The notes below the pieces were generated by a model. That model was not told where the DNA came from. It saw only the letters and a list, made by a program, of their open reading frames with translations, and made no database searches. Shown piece after piece: positions 1-8,475 of a DNA stretch of 64,000 bases. Position 1 is the stretch's first letter; the number at the start of each line of letters is the position of its first letter. This DNA comes from an uncultured Myxococcales bacterium. Lineage in GTDB: Bacteria; Myxococcota; Kuafuiibacteriia; Kuafuiibacteriales; Kuafuiibacteriaceae. A program made the position numbers and the translations under genes. Location of the stretch: the NCBI GenBank assembly GCA_964519665.1, contig CAZFIV010000008.1, positions 14,913-78,912 of the forward strand, in the 5' to 3' direction.

Positions 1-56
1 GCGCCACCTACGGCCGCCCTTTGCCCTCCGGAGCGCCCTGAAGTACACGTCGGTGC

Positions 57-1157
57 ATGTTGCTCCGGATCGCTAGCGCCGCCCGCTGGCTCAGTTTCAT
101 TGCCATTGTCGTGTTCGCGGCCGGCCAGCCGGCCACCGCGTGGAGCCAGGAGCCTCCGCCCGATTCTTCCGAACTTCGGGTGGGAATCAGCCCGTTCGCC
201 CCCTTCGTGGTGGATGGTCCATCGCCCGAAGGCTACAGCATCGATCTCTGGGAAGAGATCTCCCGCCGGATCGACCGAAAGTACAAGTTTGTCATGTGCA
301 AAGGGGCCGCCGACAAGCTCGAGCGACTTCAGCGCGGCGAGCTCGACGTCGCCATCGGCGGGTTGACCACGTCTCGCGAGCGCGAGAGTCAGATCGACTT
401 CACCCACGCGACGTACCGCTCCGGCCTGGGGATCATGCTGGCCGGCCAACCGACCCCGCCGACGGTCTGGGATCGCATCTCCGGCGCCCTCAGTCGGGCC
501 AACTCGACGATCGTCATTGCGTTCATCCTATTCGTGGTCGTCGCGGGCAACCTGGTCTGGCTCTTCGAACGAGGCAAAGACAGCTTCGACCGGCGTTATC
601 TGCCGGGGCTGTTTGAAGGCATGTACTGGGTCGTCGTCACCGCCAGCACCGTCGGCTACGGCGACAAAGCGCCGCTGAAGTACTCAGGCCGCATCCTAGC
701 CATGATCATCATCATCATTTCCTTGCCCATGTTTGCCCTCTTTACGGCCGAGCTCGCGTCGGCGTTCACTCTTCAGAGCATCACCGCGGCGGTCAGTGGG
801 CCCGAAGATTTGATCGGAAAGAAGGTTGGCGTCATCCGTGGCACGTCATCGGCCAGGTTCGCCGCCGAACGGGGCCTATCGCTCCGCCAAGTCGACAACG
901 CCGAGCAGATGTATGAAACGCTCCTCGATAACAAGGTCGCGGCGGTCATCTACGATGCACCCAGCCTCAAGTATTTCGAGCAAACGGAAGGACAAGACAA
1001 AGTGTATCTCGCGGAGCGCACCTTCGACATCCGAGACCTCGCGATCGCCACCCGACAGGGCAGCGCGCTGCGCGAACAGATCAATCGGGCCATTCTCGAT
1101 TTGGAAGCCACCGGCGAGATGACCGAGCTGCGAGTAAAGTGGTTCGGAAGCCAGTGA
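57..1157 (+). CDS. Ligand-gated potassium channel, GluR0-like (periplasmic solute-binding domain split by an M1-P-M2 pore)
   Basis: A signal peptide is followed by a type-3 solute-binding-protein lobe 1 (LRVGISPFAPFVV...DVAIGGLTTSRERESQIDFTHATY). TM helix M1 follows, then a pore loop with the canonical K+ selectivity filter TASTVGYGD (nt ~642-668), then helix M2 (ILAMIIIIISLPMFALF). SBP lobe 2 follows (KKVGVIRGTSS...VAAVIYDAPSLKYF). This S1-M1-P-M2-S2 topology is that of prokaryotic ionotropic glutamate receptor homologues. Confidence 0.8.
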   Translation: MLLRIASAARWLSFIAIVVFAAGQPATAWSQEPPPDSSELRVGISPFAPFVVDGPSPEGYSIDLWEEISRRIDRKYKFVMCKGAADKLERLQRGELDVAIGGLTTSRERESQIDFTHATYRSGLGIMLAGQPTPPTVWDRISGALSRANSTIVIAFILFVVVAGNLVWLFERGKDSFDRRYLPGLFEGMYWVVVTASTVGYGDKAPLKYSGRILAMIIIIISLPMFALFTAELASAFTLQSITAAVSGPEDLIGKKVGVIRGTSSARFAAERGLSLRQVDNAEQMYETLLDNKVAAVIYDAPSLKYFEQTEGQDKVYLAERTFDIRDLAIATRQGSALREQINRAILDLEATGEMTELRVKWFGSQ

Positions 1158-1159
1158 CG

Positions 1160-2164
1160 TCAACGCACCCGGCAAGCCCGGTAGGTCGACCGCGTCGGGT
1201 CACACCAGCAGACCGCCACCCGACGACTCAACAGGTCGAGCGCATGGGCGAAGGCCGTTCCCTCCGTCTTTCGAGCTTCGATGAGTAGAGCGCTGCGATC
1301 GGCTTCAGCCCACCGAAAACGAGTCTGCTGTTGGGCCAGCTTGCGCCGCAACGAGCGGCAACGTCGCTCGTGGGGCCGGTCGTCGCAGTGCTCGGCCCTC
1401 TTCGCCTCACTCTTGGCGATGTCCTTGACCACCTTGCAGCGCGCCTTTTCGGCCTTCGCCATTTTACGGATGTACTGACGCCGGTGGCGGGTCTCGCCCA
1501 GCCGGCGGGCGAATGCGAGCAGCGATCCCGACGTGGACGACGGCACGTCCCAGTGATGCTCATCGACTTCCACCGCATCGGCCTTCCATTGCGCGGTTTG
1601 CGATTCGCCCAACACCGTCTTCGGGCTGACATCCGGTGCCGCGTCTGAATCGGCTACCCCCTCGGCGAGCCGGTTCTCGCCGGCGGCGACCGATGCTGGC
1701 GCCCCGGTCAGTTGACCGATGGCTTGATCCAGCGAGCGAAGAACTTCCAACCCGGTGCACGCCCCGCGGGCGGTTCCGGCACCTTCCGACGCCGACGTGG
1801 CCAGATCGAACAGACGGAGGTTCACCAAACACAACCCGCCGAACTTGCGGATACTCCCCACGACGACCTTTTCGGCGGCGAGCTCTTTGCCGACCTCGAT
1901 CTGGCAACTCTCGTCGTAGCAGGCCTCGAAGCTCACCTTCTTCTGGGCCGCGAGGGTCCGCTTGATCTCGGAGCGCGGGACGACCTTGAAACGCCCCGAA
2001 GCCGCGACCTGGGTCGACACATACTCGCTCAGATACTCAAACTCGTCGGACTTGAACTCGGACGCGTCGCCTTGAAGATTGAACACCGCGACCACCGGCG
2101 TTCGTTCGGATTCACCAGGCGCGCCCATCAGGGTGAAGGCCAGGGCCGCGATTCCCGTGAGCAT
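1160..2164 (-). CDS. Hypothetical secreted protein with a possible LpoB/CsgG-like N-terminal fold and a charged C-terminal region
   Basis: The N-terminus is hydrophobic. The segment VAVFNLQGDASEF...SGRFKVVPRSEIKRTLAAQKK...CYDESCQIEVGKELAAEKVVVGSI resembles the LpoB/CsgG/TolB-N type alpha/beta fold. The 3' third of the ORF is Arg-rich and GC3 is only moderate, so the C-terminal extent is uncertain. Confidence 0.45.
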   Translation of the reverse strand: MLTGIAALAFTLMGAPGESERTPVVAVFNLQGDASEFKSDEFEYLSEYVSTQVAASGRFKVVPRSEIKRTLAAQKKVSFEACYDESCQIEVGKELAAEKVVVGSIRKFGGLCLVNLRLFDLATSASEGAGTARGACTGLEVLRSLDQAIGQLTGAPASVAAGENRLAEGVADSDAAPDVSPKTVLGESQTAQWKADAVEVDEHHWDVPSSTSGSLLAFARRLGETRHRRQYIRKMAKAEKARCKVVKDIAKSEAKRAEHCDDRPHERRCRSLRRKLAQQQTRFRWAEADRSALLIEARKTEGTAFAHALDLLSRRVAVCWCDPTRSTYRACRVR

Positions 2165-2212
2165 GACGCCAAGGTGTCCGGTCGGGCCGATTCAGGCAAG
2201 GGACCACCGCGG

Positions 2213-3349
2213 TCACATTCGTTCGATCACGGCCTCGGTGACCGTCGACATCGACGCGGCCCGATCATCTCCGGCGAGATCGAAGGTTAGGGGCTCTCCA
2301 GCGCGTAAAACGGCTCGAATCGCTTCTTCGACGCTGGAGGCGGCCAGCTGCAGCTCTCGCAGCTGACGCCGTCCGCCCAACCATCGAAGGCCCTCCGCCA
2401 CCGCACCGATCATGGCCATGGGGTTGAGCTTGTCCTGGCCCGCGAAAGGAGGCGCCGTTCCGTGTATCGGTTCGAACATGCCGTGCTGGTCGCCCACGTT
2501 GCATCCGACGGCCAAACCCATGCCCCCCTGTAGGACGGAGGCGAGGTCGGTCACGATGTCGCCGAACATGTTCGTCGTCACGATGACGTCGTAGCGCTCG
2601 GGCTCGGTGATCAACCACTGGGTAAAAGCGTCGACGATCGCGACGTCCGGCTCGACGTCTGGAAACTCCCGCGAGACCTCGAAAAAAATCTCCACGAACA
2701 TGCGACAGCCCTCCAGCACGTTGTTCTTCACGACCGCCGTCACCCGTTTTTGGCCGTCTTTGGGCGCTCCGAGCCGGCGATGGGCCGTCTGAAACGCGAG
2801 TCGAATGATCCGTTCGGACGCTCTTCGAGTGACCACCCGCGTGTCGGTCGCCACGTGGGCCACCCCCGCTGGCCGAAGGATCGCGCCCGCGCCGACGTAG
2901 AGGTCTTCGGTGTTCTCGCGCAGGAAGACCATATCGACGTTGGCCGGCTCCCAGACGGGGCGCCGACGGCCCGAGATCCGGTGCTGAACCCCTTCGTAGA
3001 GGCGGACCGGCCGAATATTCGCGTATAGGTCGAGGCGCATCCGGTTGCCGATGACCGGATTCCAGCCGGCCATGCGTCCGTCTTTCATCGTGATCGGGCC
3101 TCGTCCGGTTGGATCCGGCCATCCGACCGCGCCGAGGAGGATGAGGTCGGCCTCCGCGCAGCGAACCTCGCTGCCCTCGGGCCAGTCCCGGCCGTGCTGC
3201 AGATAATACTGCCCCCCGCACGGGATCTCATCGAGGTCGAAGCGGAGCGCGAATCGTTGAGTCACCCGGGCCAGGACGCGCTTGGCCATTTCGATGACTT
3301 CAACCCCGGCGCCGTCGCCCGGCAGCAGCACGAATCTGAATGGCTTCAT
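2213..3349 (-). CDS. Isocitrate/isopropylmalate dehydrogenase family protein (tartrate dehydrogenase or 3-isopropylmalate dehydrogenase-like)
   Basis: The ORF is full length (378 aa). It carries the family signature NMFGDIVTDLASVLQGGMGLA and the start MKPFRFVLLPGDGAG, as in the beta-decarboxylating dehydrogenases. Confidence 0.85.
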   Translation of the reverse strand: MKPFRFVLLPGDGAGVEVIEMAKRVLARVTQRFALRFDLDEIPCGGQYYLQHGRDWPEGSEVRCAEADLILLGAVGWPDPTGRGPITMKDGRMAGWNPVIGNRMRLDLYANIRPVRLYEGVQHRISGRRRPVWEPANVDMVFLRENTEDLYVGAGAILRPAGVAHVATDTRVVTRRASERIIRLAFQTAHRRLGAPKDGQKRVTAVVKNNVLEGCRMFVEIFFEVSREFPDVEPDVAIVDAFTQWLITEPERYDVIVTTNMFGDIVTDLASVLQGGMGLAVGCNVGDQHGMFEPIHGTAPPFAGQDKLNPMAMIGAVAEGLRWLGGRRQLRELQLAASSVEEAIRAVLRAGEPLTFDLAGDDRAASMSTVTEAVIERM

Positions 3350-3454
3350 CGCTGCGACTCGACCGAAACTGCGGCCCGGCCCCCCTGGAGGCTTCGATAC
3401 CTCGGATAGCTCTGGGTGCGAAGTACTCGAGCAAAGCGTCAGCGGATCGGCTCT

Positions 3455-4006
3455 CTAGCCCACGGGTATGAGGGGCGCGACCCCAACGAGCTCGGCGTCG
3501 TCGAAGATGCCATCGACGAAGGCGTCGGGTCCTTTGACATCAAACACCTGCTCGACCAGGCGCTTGGCGTTCCCCAGTTTCTCGCTGAACAAGCGTGCCT
3601 GGTCATCGAGATGCCTGGCGACAACCGCTCGCGCGTACCAAGGCGGCTCCCAGTAGTTGATGTCGACCACTTCCGTCGCCGCACCGTAGTGCGCCGGCTC
3701 GAAGGTCTGGACGTGGCGAGCGCCTTTGAGCGGCCAGCTCGTGAAATGGTCTTCATACTCCCGATGAACCCGGATGTTGTGCGTGCGGAACCTCAGTTGC
3801 AGGCTGTGACGGCCCTGCCGAATCTGCACCGGATACTCGACACCGCATTTCCGAACGCAACCCGTCTGGGGGCACCACTCCTGACGACCTTCGGTGCTGA
3901 TGAACCGAAGATGATCGAGTTGGGCAAAGAACCGAAAAACCACCTCTGGGGGCGCTTCGATTGTGATGACGGACTCGAGCTTCACGAGCCGTCCGGATGC
4001 TAACAC
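3455..4006 (-). CDS. SRPBCC (START/Bet v1/polyketide-cyclase-like) domain protein
   Basis: The 183-aa product opens with a beta-rich stretch (LESVITIEAPPEVVFRFFAQLDHL) typical of the SRPBCC ligand-binding fold. This is an inference from sequence pattern only. Confidence 0.55.
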   Translation of the reverse strand: MLASGRLVKLESVITIEAPPEVVFRFFAQLDHLRFISTEGRQEWCPQTGCVRKCGVEYPVQIRQGRHSLQLRFRTHNIRVHREYEDHFTSWPLKGARHVQTFEPAHYGAATEVVDINYWEPPWYARAVVARHLDDQARLFSEKLGNAKRLVEQVFDVKGPDAFVDGIFDDAELVGVAPLIPVG

Positions 4007-4046
4007 GCCACCATGCCCGTGCGCCTCGCCTCATTTTTGTTCGGCA

Positions 4047-5699
4047 CTACCGGGCTTTCTCTAAGCGCATCAGGGCGACGTCGATCTGCGATAGGGCCTC
4101 TCGTGTTCGAGCTCGGCTCAGTCGCGCTCCGAGCGCCGTCAGGCGCCGCTGCCACTCAACATCGTATTTCACCTTACGGAGCTGCTTGATGCGGACCAGC
4201 AGCGCCTCCTTTTCGGCTCGTAGCGCCGGAGTCAGCGTCGGTACCGATCGCTCCGGGGTCGCTGACTCGCTCGGCGCTTCATCGTCGCGGTCGCTCGATG
4301 GGACGATTTCGGCCACTGGTGACAGGGGAATCGATGTCGATGAAGGAGTCTCGGTCGGGACTCGAATCGACTCGACGTAGACCACGGCATGAGAGGGAAG
4401 CATCAGCCAAACCGTCATCCCGGCAACCGCGCAGACCACCCCCACGAAGGTCGAGAAAACGGCGACGACGCCGGTGACCGTCCGATTCTGAAAGGCCTCG
4501 AACATATCCGCGGGGACCGCCACGAGGGCCCTGAGAGCTTCCCGCAGGAGCCCCTCTCGAGGTCCGGCTGGCGACGATGCCGCCGAAGAACCGGGCGAAG
4601 ACCGATCGTCGAGCTCACCGACGAAGATCTCGACCTGCGAAGACGCCCCCCCGAAGACTGGGACCTGCTGCCGTACCTGCTGCCCTAGCTGCTGCCCTAG
4701 CTGCTGCCCTAGCTTCTGCCCTACCTGCTGCCGAACCTGCTGGAGCGCCCGGCGCTCGCGGGCAATGATCGTCGCGCAAGCCGCGTCCAGCCAGCCACGA
4801 ACGGAGGTCGGGTGCTGAAACCGACGAACTCGCCGCAGCTCGTTCTCCAGACCGACCCGAAGCTCGTGGGCCGACGCCAGGCGCCGCTCGGGCTCCGGAT
4901 CCATCCCCTGCTGAAGAAGCTGTTCGAGGCTTGCCGGCGCGTCCGGGCGACGGTCGCGCAGAGTTTCAGGCCGCGCTTCGAGCGCTCGCCGCACGCGGTC
5001 GGCCAGGTTGTCTTCGCGGACTCTCTTGACGCCCGCAAGGAGCTCCCAGATCGAAACGGCGGCCGCGTACACGTCGGCCCGGGCATCGACGACCGCCCCT
5101 AGCGCCTGTTCGGGTGGCATGTAATCCGGGGACCCGGCGAGCACTTCGACCGCGGTGTGCCAATCGGCGAGGATCGACTTACCGAGGCCGAGATCGATGA
5201 GGCAGACCTGCCCATCGAAGCCGACCAACACATTGCGGGCCCCGACGTCGCGATGCACCAGTCCGAGCGCCGCCCCGGTCGTGAGGTGCCGGGCGCCGTG
5301 CACCGCCTCGAGGCCTGATGCCAGTTTTATTGCCACTTGCAGGGCGACCTGCACGGGTACGGGTTCGATCGCGGCTCGGTGGACCCGGTCCACGATTTGG
5401 CTAAGCTGGATCCCAAACACGAACTCGGTCGCGAGAAACGGTTCTCCGTCGACGGTGCCCATGGCCACGAGTGCGGCAACGTTGCGGTGGCGCACATGAC
5501 TAGCGACCTCGGCTTCATGTACGAACCGTTTGAAGAGTGTGGGCTCCCGCACCATGCCGGGGTGCATCCGCTTGACGACGAGGAGGCCGTCGGTGCCCGG
5601 GTGGGCGGCCAAATAGGCCGAGCCCATCCCGCCGGCGCCGAGGCGTTTGAGCAAAATGAAGGGGCCGAAGGACTCGGGACTGTCGGCGACGGAGCCCAC
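4047..5699 (-). CDS. Transmembrane Ser/Thr protein kinase (Hanks-type) with an (LGQQ)n repeat linker
   Basis: The kinase domain shows subdomain I (LGAGGMGSAY), a catalytic loop (HRDVGARNVLV) and DLGLGK. It is followed by QQVGQKLGQQLGQQLGQQV, a TM helix (VTGVVAVFSTFVGVVCAVAGMTVWLML) and a roughly 130-aa extracytoplasmic coiled-coil tail. Confidence 0.9.
   Translation of the reverse strand: MGSVADSPESFGPFILLKRLGAGGMGSAYLAAHPGTDGLLVVKRMHPGMVREPTLFKRFVHEAEVASHVRHRNVAALVAMGTVDGEPFLATEFVFGIQLSQIVDRVHRAAIEPVPVQVALQVAIKLASGLEAVHGARHLTTGAALGLVHRDVGARNVLVGFDGQVCLIDLGLGKSILADWHTAVEVLAGSPDYMPPEQALGAVVDARADVYAAAVSIWELLAGVKRVREDNLADRVRRALEARPETLRDRRPDAPASLEQLLQQGMDPEPERRLASAHELRVGLENELRRVRRFQHPTSVRGWLDAACATIIARERRALQQVRQQVGQKLGQQLGQQLGQQVRQQVPVFGGASSQVEIFVGELDDRSSPGSSAASSPAGPREGLLREALRALVAVPADMFEAFQNRTVTGVVAVFSTFVGVVCAVAGMTVWLMLPSHAVVYVESIRVPTETPSSTSIPLSPVAEIVPSSDRDDEAPSESATPERSVPTLTPALRAEKEALLVRIKQLRKVKYDVEWQRRLTALGARLSRARTREALSQIDVALMRLEKAR
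4665..4742. repeat. Tandem 12-bp repeat (ctgctgccctag x ~6.5, imperfect at the ends) inside the kinase gene
   Basis: Direct reading gives ctgctgccgtac / ctgctgccctag x3 / cttctgccctac / ctgctgccgaac. The repeat is in frame and encodes the (QQLG)n block of the kinase on the minus strand. Confidence 0.85.
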
Positions 5700-5747
5700 G
5701 CGGGTTCAAATTACCTCGACGCTGCGGGTAGGCCAAACCACGCCTGA

Positions 5748-6695
5748 CTATGCGGCCACTACGACGGTGGGGTCTTCATGGTATTCGTTGAGCCACTCCG
5801 GCTCTTCGAGGGGCAGACAAGCGGCCATAATCCGGTCGATGGCGCCCATCCACGCCCGAGCGCAGGTGGGACGCCGGTCGGGGTCCAGATCGAGGCTCTT
5901 CACCACCACCGGTGCCAACCGAGCCAGCTCCTCAGAATGCGGAACGGCCGCATCGGCGAGCGCGTCGAGAAAATCAGCCGGGGGGCGCTCAGCGATCGCC
6001 AGGGCGACGGCGGCCAACACCGAGGCCTCCCACGGCCTCCGCGTCGCGAAAAGGTCGTAGGCGAGCACCCCGAGCTGAAAAACGTCCGCTCGGTGGGTCA
6101 CCGGCGCCTGCTGGAGCTGCTCGGGGGCCATGATGTGCGGGGTGCCCAGAACACAACTCGGCTTGGCCCCCTCCTTCATCGCGATCCCGAAATCGATGAG
6201 CCACGGACGCCCCTCCTCATCGATGATGATGTTCGCGGGCTTGATATCGCCGTGGACGATGCCATCGAGTCGAAGGTGATCCACGGTCTCGGCGATGTCG
6301 CGAATGATCCGAAGGCGCTGTTGCATCGACAACTCGCCTTTGGCCAAAGCGATGGCCAGCGACTCGCCTTCTATCAGGTCCATCGCGATCCACACCTGGT
6401 CATCGAAATGCCCGTACTCGTGCACACGCGGCACCCTCGGGGCCGAAGTGCCGCCCAGCAGCTCGGCCTCTTGCCGATGCTGGTCGAGCAAGCCTTCCGG
6501 CAATCCCTGGAAGGTGACCTTGAGGGCCGCCCGGCGACCCGTGTGGCGGTGGGTCGCTGCGAACACTCGTCCCATCCCGCCAGAGCCGATCTGGCGACCG
6601 AGGACGTACTGCGGGAGCTTCTGCCTCAGCGACATGTCCCGTTCGTCTGCACGTTTCGTGCCGACGACCGAGACATGCGAGACTCGCCGGAGCAC
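5748..6695 (-). CDS. Ser/Thr protein kinase (soluble, Hanks-type)
   Basis: Motifs present are IGSGGMGRVFAATH, HGDIKPANIII, DFGIA and APE (IMAPEQ). The gene lies in tandem with, and on the same strand as, the upstream kinase. Confidence 0.9.
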   Translation of the reverse strand: MLRRVSHVSVVGTKRADERDMSLRQKLPQYVLGRQIGSGGMGRVFAATHRHTGRRAALKVTFQGLPEGLLDQHRQEAELLGGTSAPRVPRVHEYGHFDDQVWIAMDLIEGESLAIALAKGELSMQQRLRIIRDIAETVDHLRLDGIVHGDIKPANIIIDEEGRPWLIDFGIAMKEGAKPSCVLGTPHIMAPEQLQQAPVTHRADVFQLGVLAYDLFATRRPWEASVLAAVALAIAERPPADFLDALADAAVPHSEELARLAPVVVKSLDLDPDRRPTCARAWMGAIDRIMAACLPLEEPEWLNEYHEDPTVVVAA

Positions 6696-6758
6696 CGTCT
6701 GGCCCCGAAGACGGGCCGCCCGGAAATTAGTCGTACTCCGTCTCGTCGAAGAGACAGG

Positions 6759-7559
6759 TCAGGCGGCCCGAGCCTCCAACTCGCGAGCGAGCTGGATATA
6801 ACTTTGAGACCCTCGGCTCGCCAGATCGTAACTAATGCATGGCTTGCCGTGTGAAGGCGCCTCCGACAGCCGGATATTTCGAGGGATCATCGTCTCGAAG
6901 CACTGGTCGGTGTAGAAGCCCTTCACTTCGGTGACGACCTGATGGGACAGGTTGTTCCGGGGGTCATACATCGTGAATAGAATGCCCTCGATCCTGAGCT
7001 CAGGATTCAGAGAGTCCCGGACCATCTCGATGGTGTCCATCAGCTTCGAGAGCCCTTCCATCGCGTAGTACTCGCATTGAACGGGCACGAGGACGGTATC
7101 GGCGGCCGAAAGACCATTGATGGTCAAAAGGTCGAGCGAAGGTGGGCTGTCTACCACAAGGTAGTCATAGTGCTCCTTGATGGGGGCCAAGACATCGCGA
7201 AGTCGCAGATGGGGCTGTTCCAGCTGCGCCAATTCGAGACCCGCGCCCGCGAGGTCACGGTTCGAAGGGGCGATGAACAGGGTCTCGATCTCCGTGCTGC
7301 GCACGATCTCCCCCAGCGACCGGTTCCCCAGCAGGGCATCGTACACCCCGCTGGATAGCTCATGAACCGCTATTCCGACGCCGGAAGAAGCGTTGCCCTG
7401 AGGGTCCATATCGACGATGAGGACCCGTCGACCGTCAGCGGCCAGCGAAGCACCAAGGTTCACGGCCGTAGTTGTCTTGCCAACCCCACCCTTTTGGTTG
7501 GCGATCGAGATAACGCGTCCCACGATAAACGTTGCACGCGGTAGCACGTAGTGACTCAC
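6759..7559 (-). CDS. ParA/Soj/MinD-family P-loop ATPase (orphan, no adjacent parB)
   Basis: A deviant Walker A motif is present (ISIANQKGGVGKTTTAVNLGASLA). The ParA-type length and motifs fit (VLIVDMDPQGNAS; DYLVVDSPPSL). Confidence 0.9.
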   Translation of the reverse strand: MSHYVLPRATFIVGRVISIANQKGGVGKTTTAVNLGASLAADGRRVLIVDMDPQGNASSGVGIAVHELSSGVYDALLGNRSLGEIVRSTEIETLFIAPSNRDLAGAGLELAQLEQPHLRLRDVLAPIKEHYDYLVVDSPPSLDLLTINGLSAADTVLVPVQCEYYAMEGLSKLMDTIEMVRDSLNPELRIEGILFTMYDPRNNLSHQVVTEVKGFYTDQCFETMIPRNIRLSEAPSHGKPCISYDLASRGSQSYIQLARELEARAA

Positions 7560-7684
7560 ACCGGCAACGGTTGACAGCCACCTCGGTGAAGCCTAGGTCC
7601 CAATATACACCGGGGGTGACACGCCGCGCCACTCGCTTCGGTGCTGCGCTCGTTTCCTACGGCTGCATAGAAGGAGAACCCGTC

Positions 7685-8473
7685 ATGAAAATTCTCGCCA
7701 CCGTGAAGCGCGTCACGGACTATGAGCGGAAGGTCAAGATCGCCCCTGATGGCGCGAGCCTCATCACCGACGGCATGAACTTCGTGCCGAATCCTTTCGA
7801 CGAGATCGCCGTCGAGGAGGCGCTTCGGCTGGTGAAAGCCCATGGCGGCGAAGTCGTCGCCGTCAGCGTCGGTCCGAAGGAAGCGACCCAACAGATTCGA
7901 CAAGCCCTCGCCATGGGGGCCCAGCGCGGTATTCTGGTTGTCGCCGAGGAGACCGATTCCGACGCGTATGCTCGCGTTCTGGTCAAGCTGGTCGAAAAAG
8001 AGTCCCCTGATTTGGTCCTGATGGGCAAGCAGGCGACCGACGACGATGCGAACCAAGAAGGTCAGCTTCTCGCTGGCTATCTCGGCTGGCCGCAGGCCAC
8101 CTTCGCTTCAAAGGAAGTCGGCCTCGACTCCGCGGAAGAGAAGGCTCAAAAGCCCGGCGTAGTGGTTGAAGGCAGCTCGGCGGTGGTGGTTCGCGAAGTC
8201 GATGGAGGCCTCGAACACGTCAAGTTCGACCTCCCCGCAGTGATCACCACCGACCTGCGTCTCAACCATCCCCGGTTCGCCTCGCTGCCGGGCATCATGA
8301 AGGCCAAGAAGAAAAAGATCGAAGAGATCCCGGTCGATAGCCTGGGTATCGACGTGGCGCCGAAGGTTCGGATGGTCAAGTTCGCCGAGCCGCCGACCCG
8401 AAGCGCTGGCCAAACAGTGGCCGATGTGGACGAGCTTCTCGCGAAGCTCAAGAACGAAGCGAAGGTGCTCTGA
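7685..8473 (+). CDS. etfB: Electron transfer flavoprotein beta subunit
   Basis: The N-terminus MKILATVKRVTDYERKVKIAPDG... is typical of EtfB. An ATG at 7685 is preceded by a GAAGGAGAA RBS, so the longer track ORF starting at 7532 is an overcall. Confidence 0.9.
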   Translation: MKILATVKRVTDYERKVKIAPDGASLITDGMNFVPNPFDEIAVEEALRLVKAHGGEVVAVSVGPKEATQQIRQALAMGAQRGILVVAEETDSDAYARVLVKLVEKESPDLVLMGKQATDDDANQEGQLLAGYLGWPQATFASKEVGLDSAEEKAQKPGVVVEGSSAVVVREVDGGLEHVKFDLPAVITTDLRLNHPRFASLPGIMKAKKKKIEEIPVDSLGIDVAPKVRMVKFAEPPTRSAGQTVADVDELLAKLKNEAKVL

Positions 8474-8475
8474 TC

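Noticed and set aside
2265-3221. A long 318-aa ORF overlapping the dehydrogenase gene in another frame. There are many similar cases, e.g. 9843-11123, 11193-12446, 12741-14090, 14646-15515, 30966-32426, 40741-42297, 50538-52178 and 57485-58222.
   Set aside because: These are Arg/Ala/Pro/Gly-rich, low-complexity translations typical of off-frame reading in about 68% GC DNA. Each is fully nested in a gene with clear family motifs.
7532-7684. An N-terminal extension of the etfB ORF from the track (start at 7532).
   Set aside because: The conserved EtfB N-terminus begins at the internal ATG at 7685, which has a strong GAAGGAGAA RBS. The extension overlaps the parA start region.
7560-7684. A TTGACA hexamer at 7571-7576 as the etfBA -35 element.
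   Set aside because: There is no acceptable -10 hexamer at a spacing of 16-19 bp, so the promoter cannot be supported by eye.
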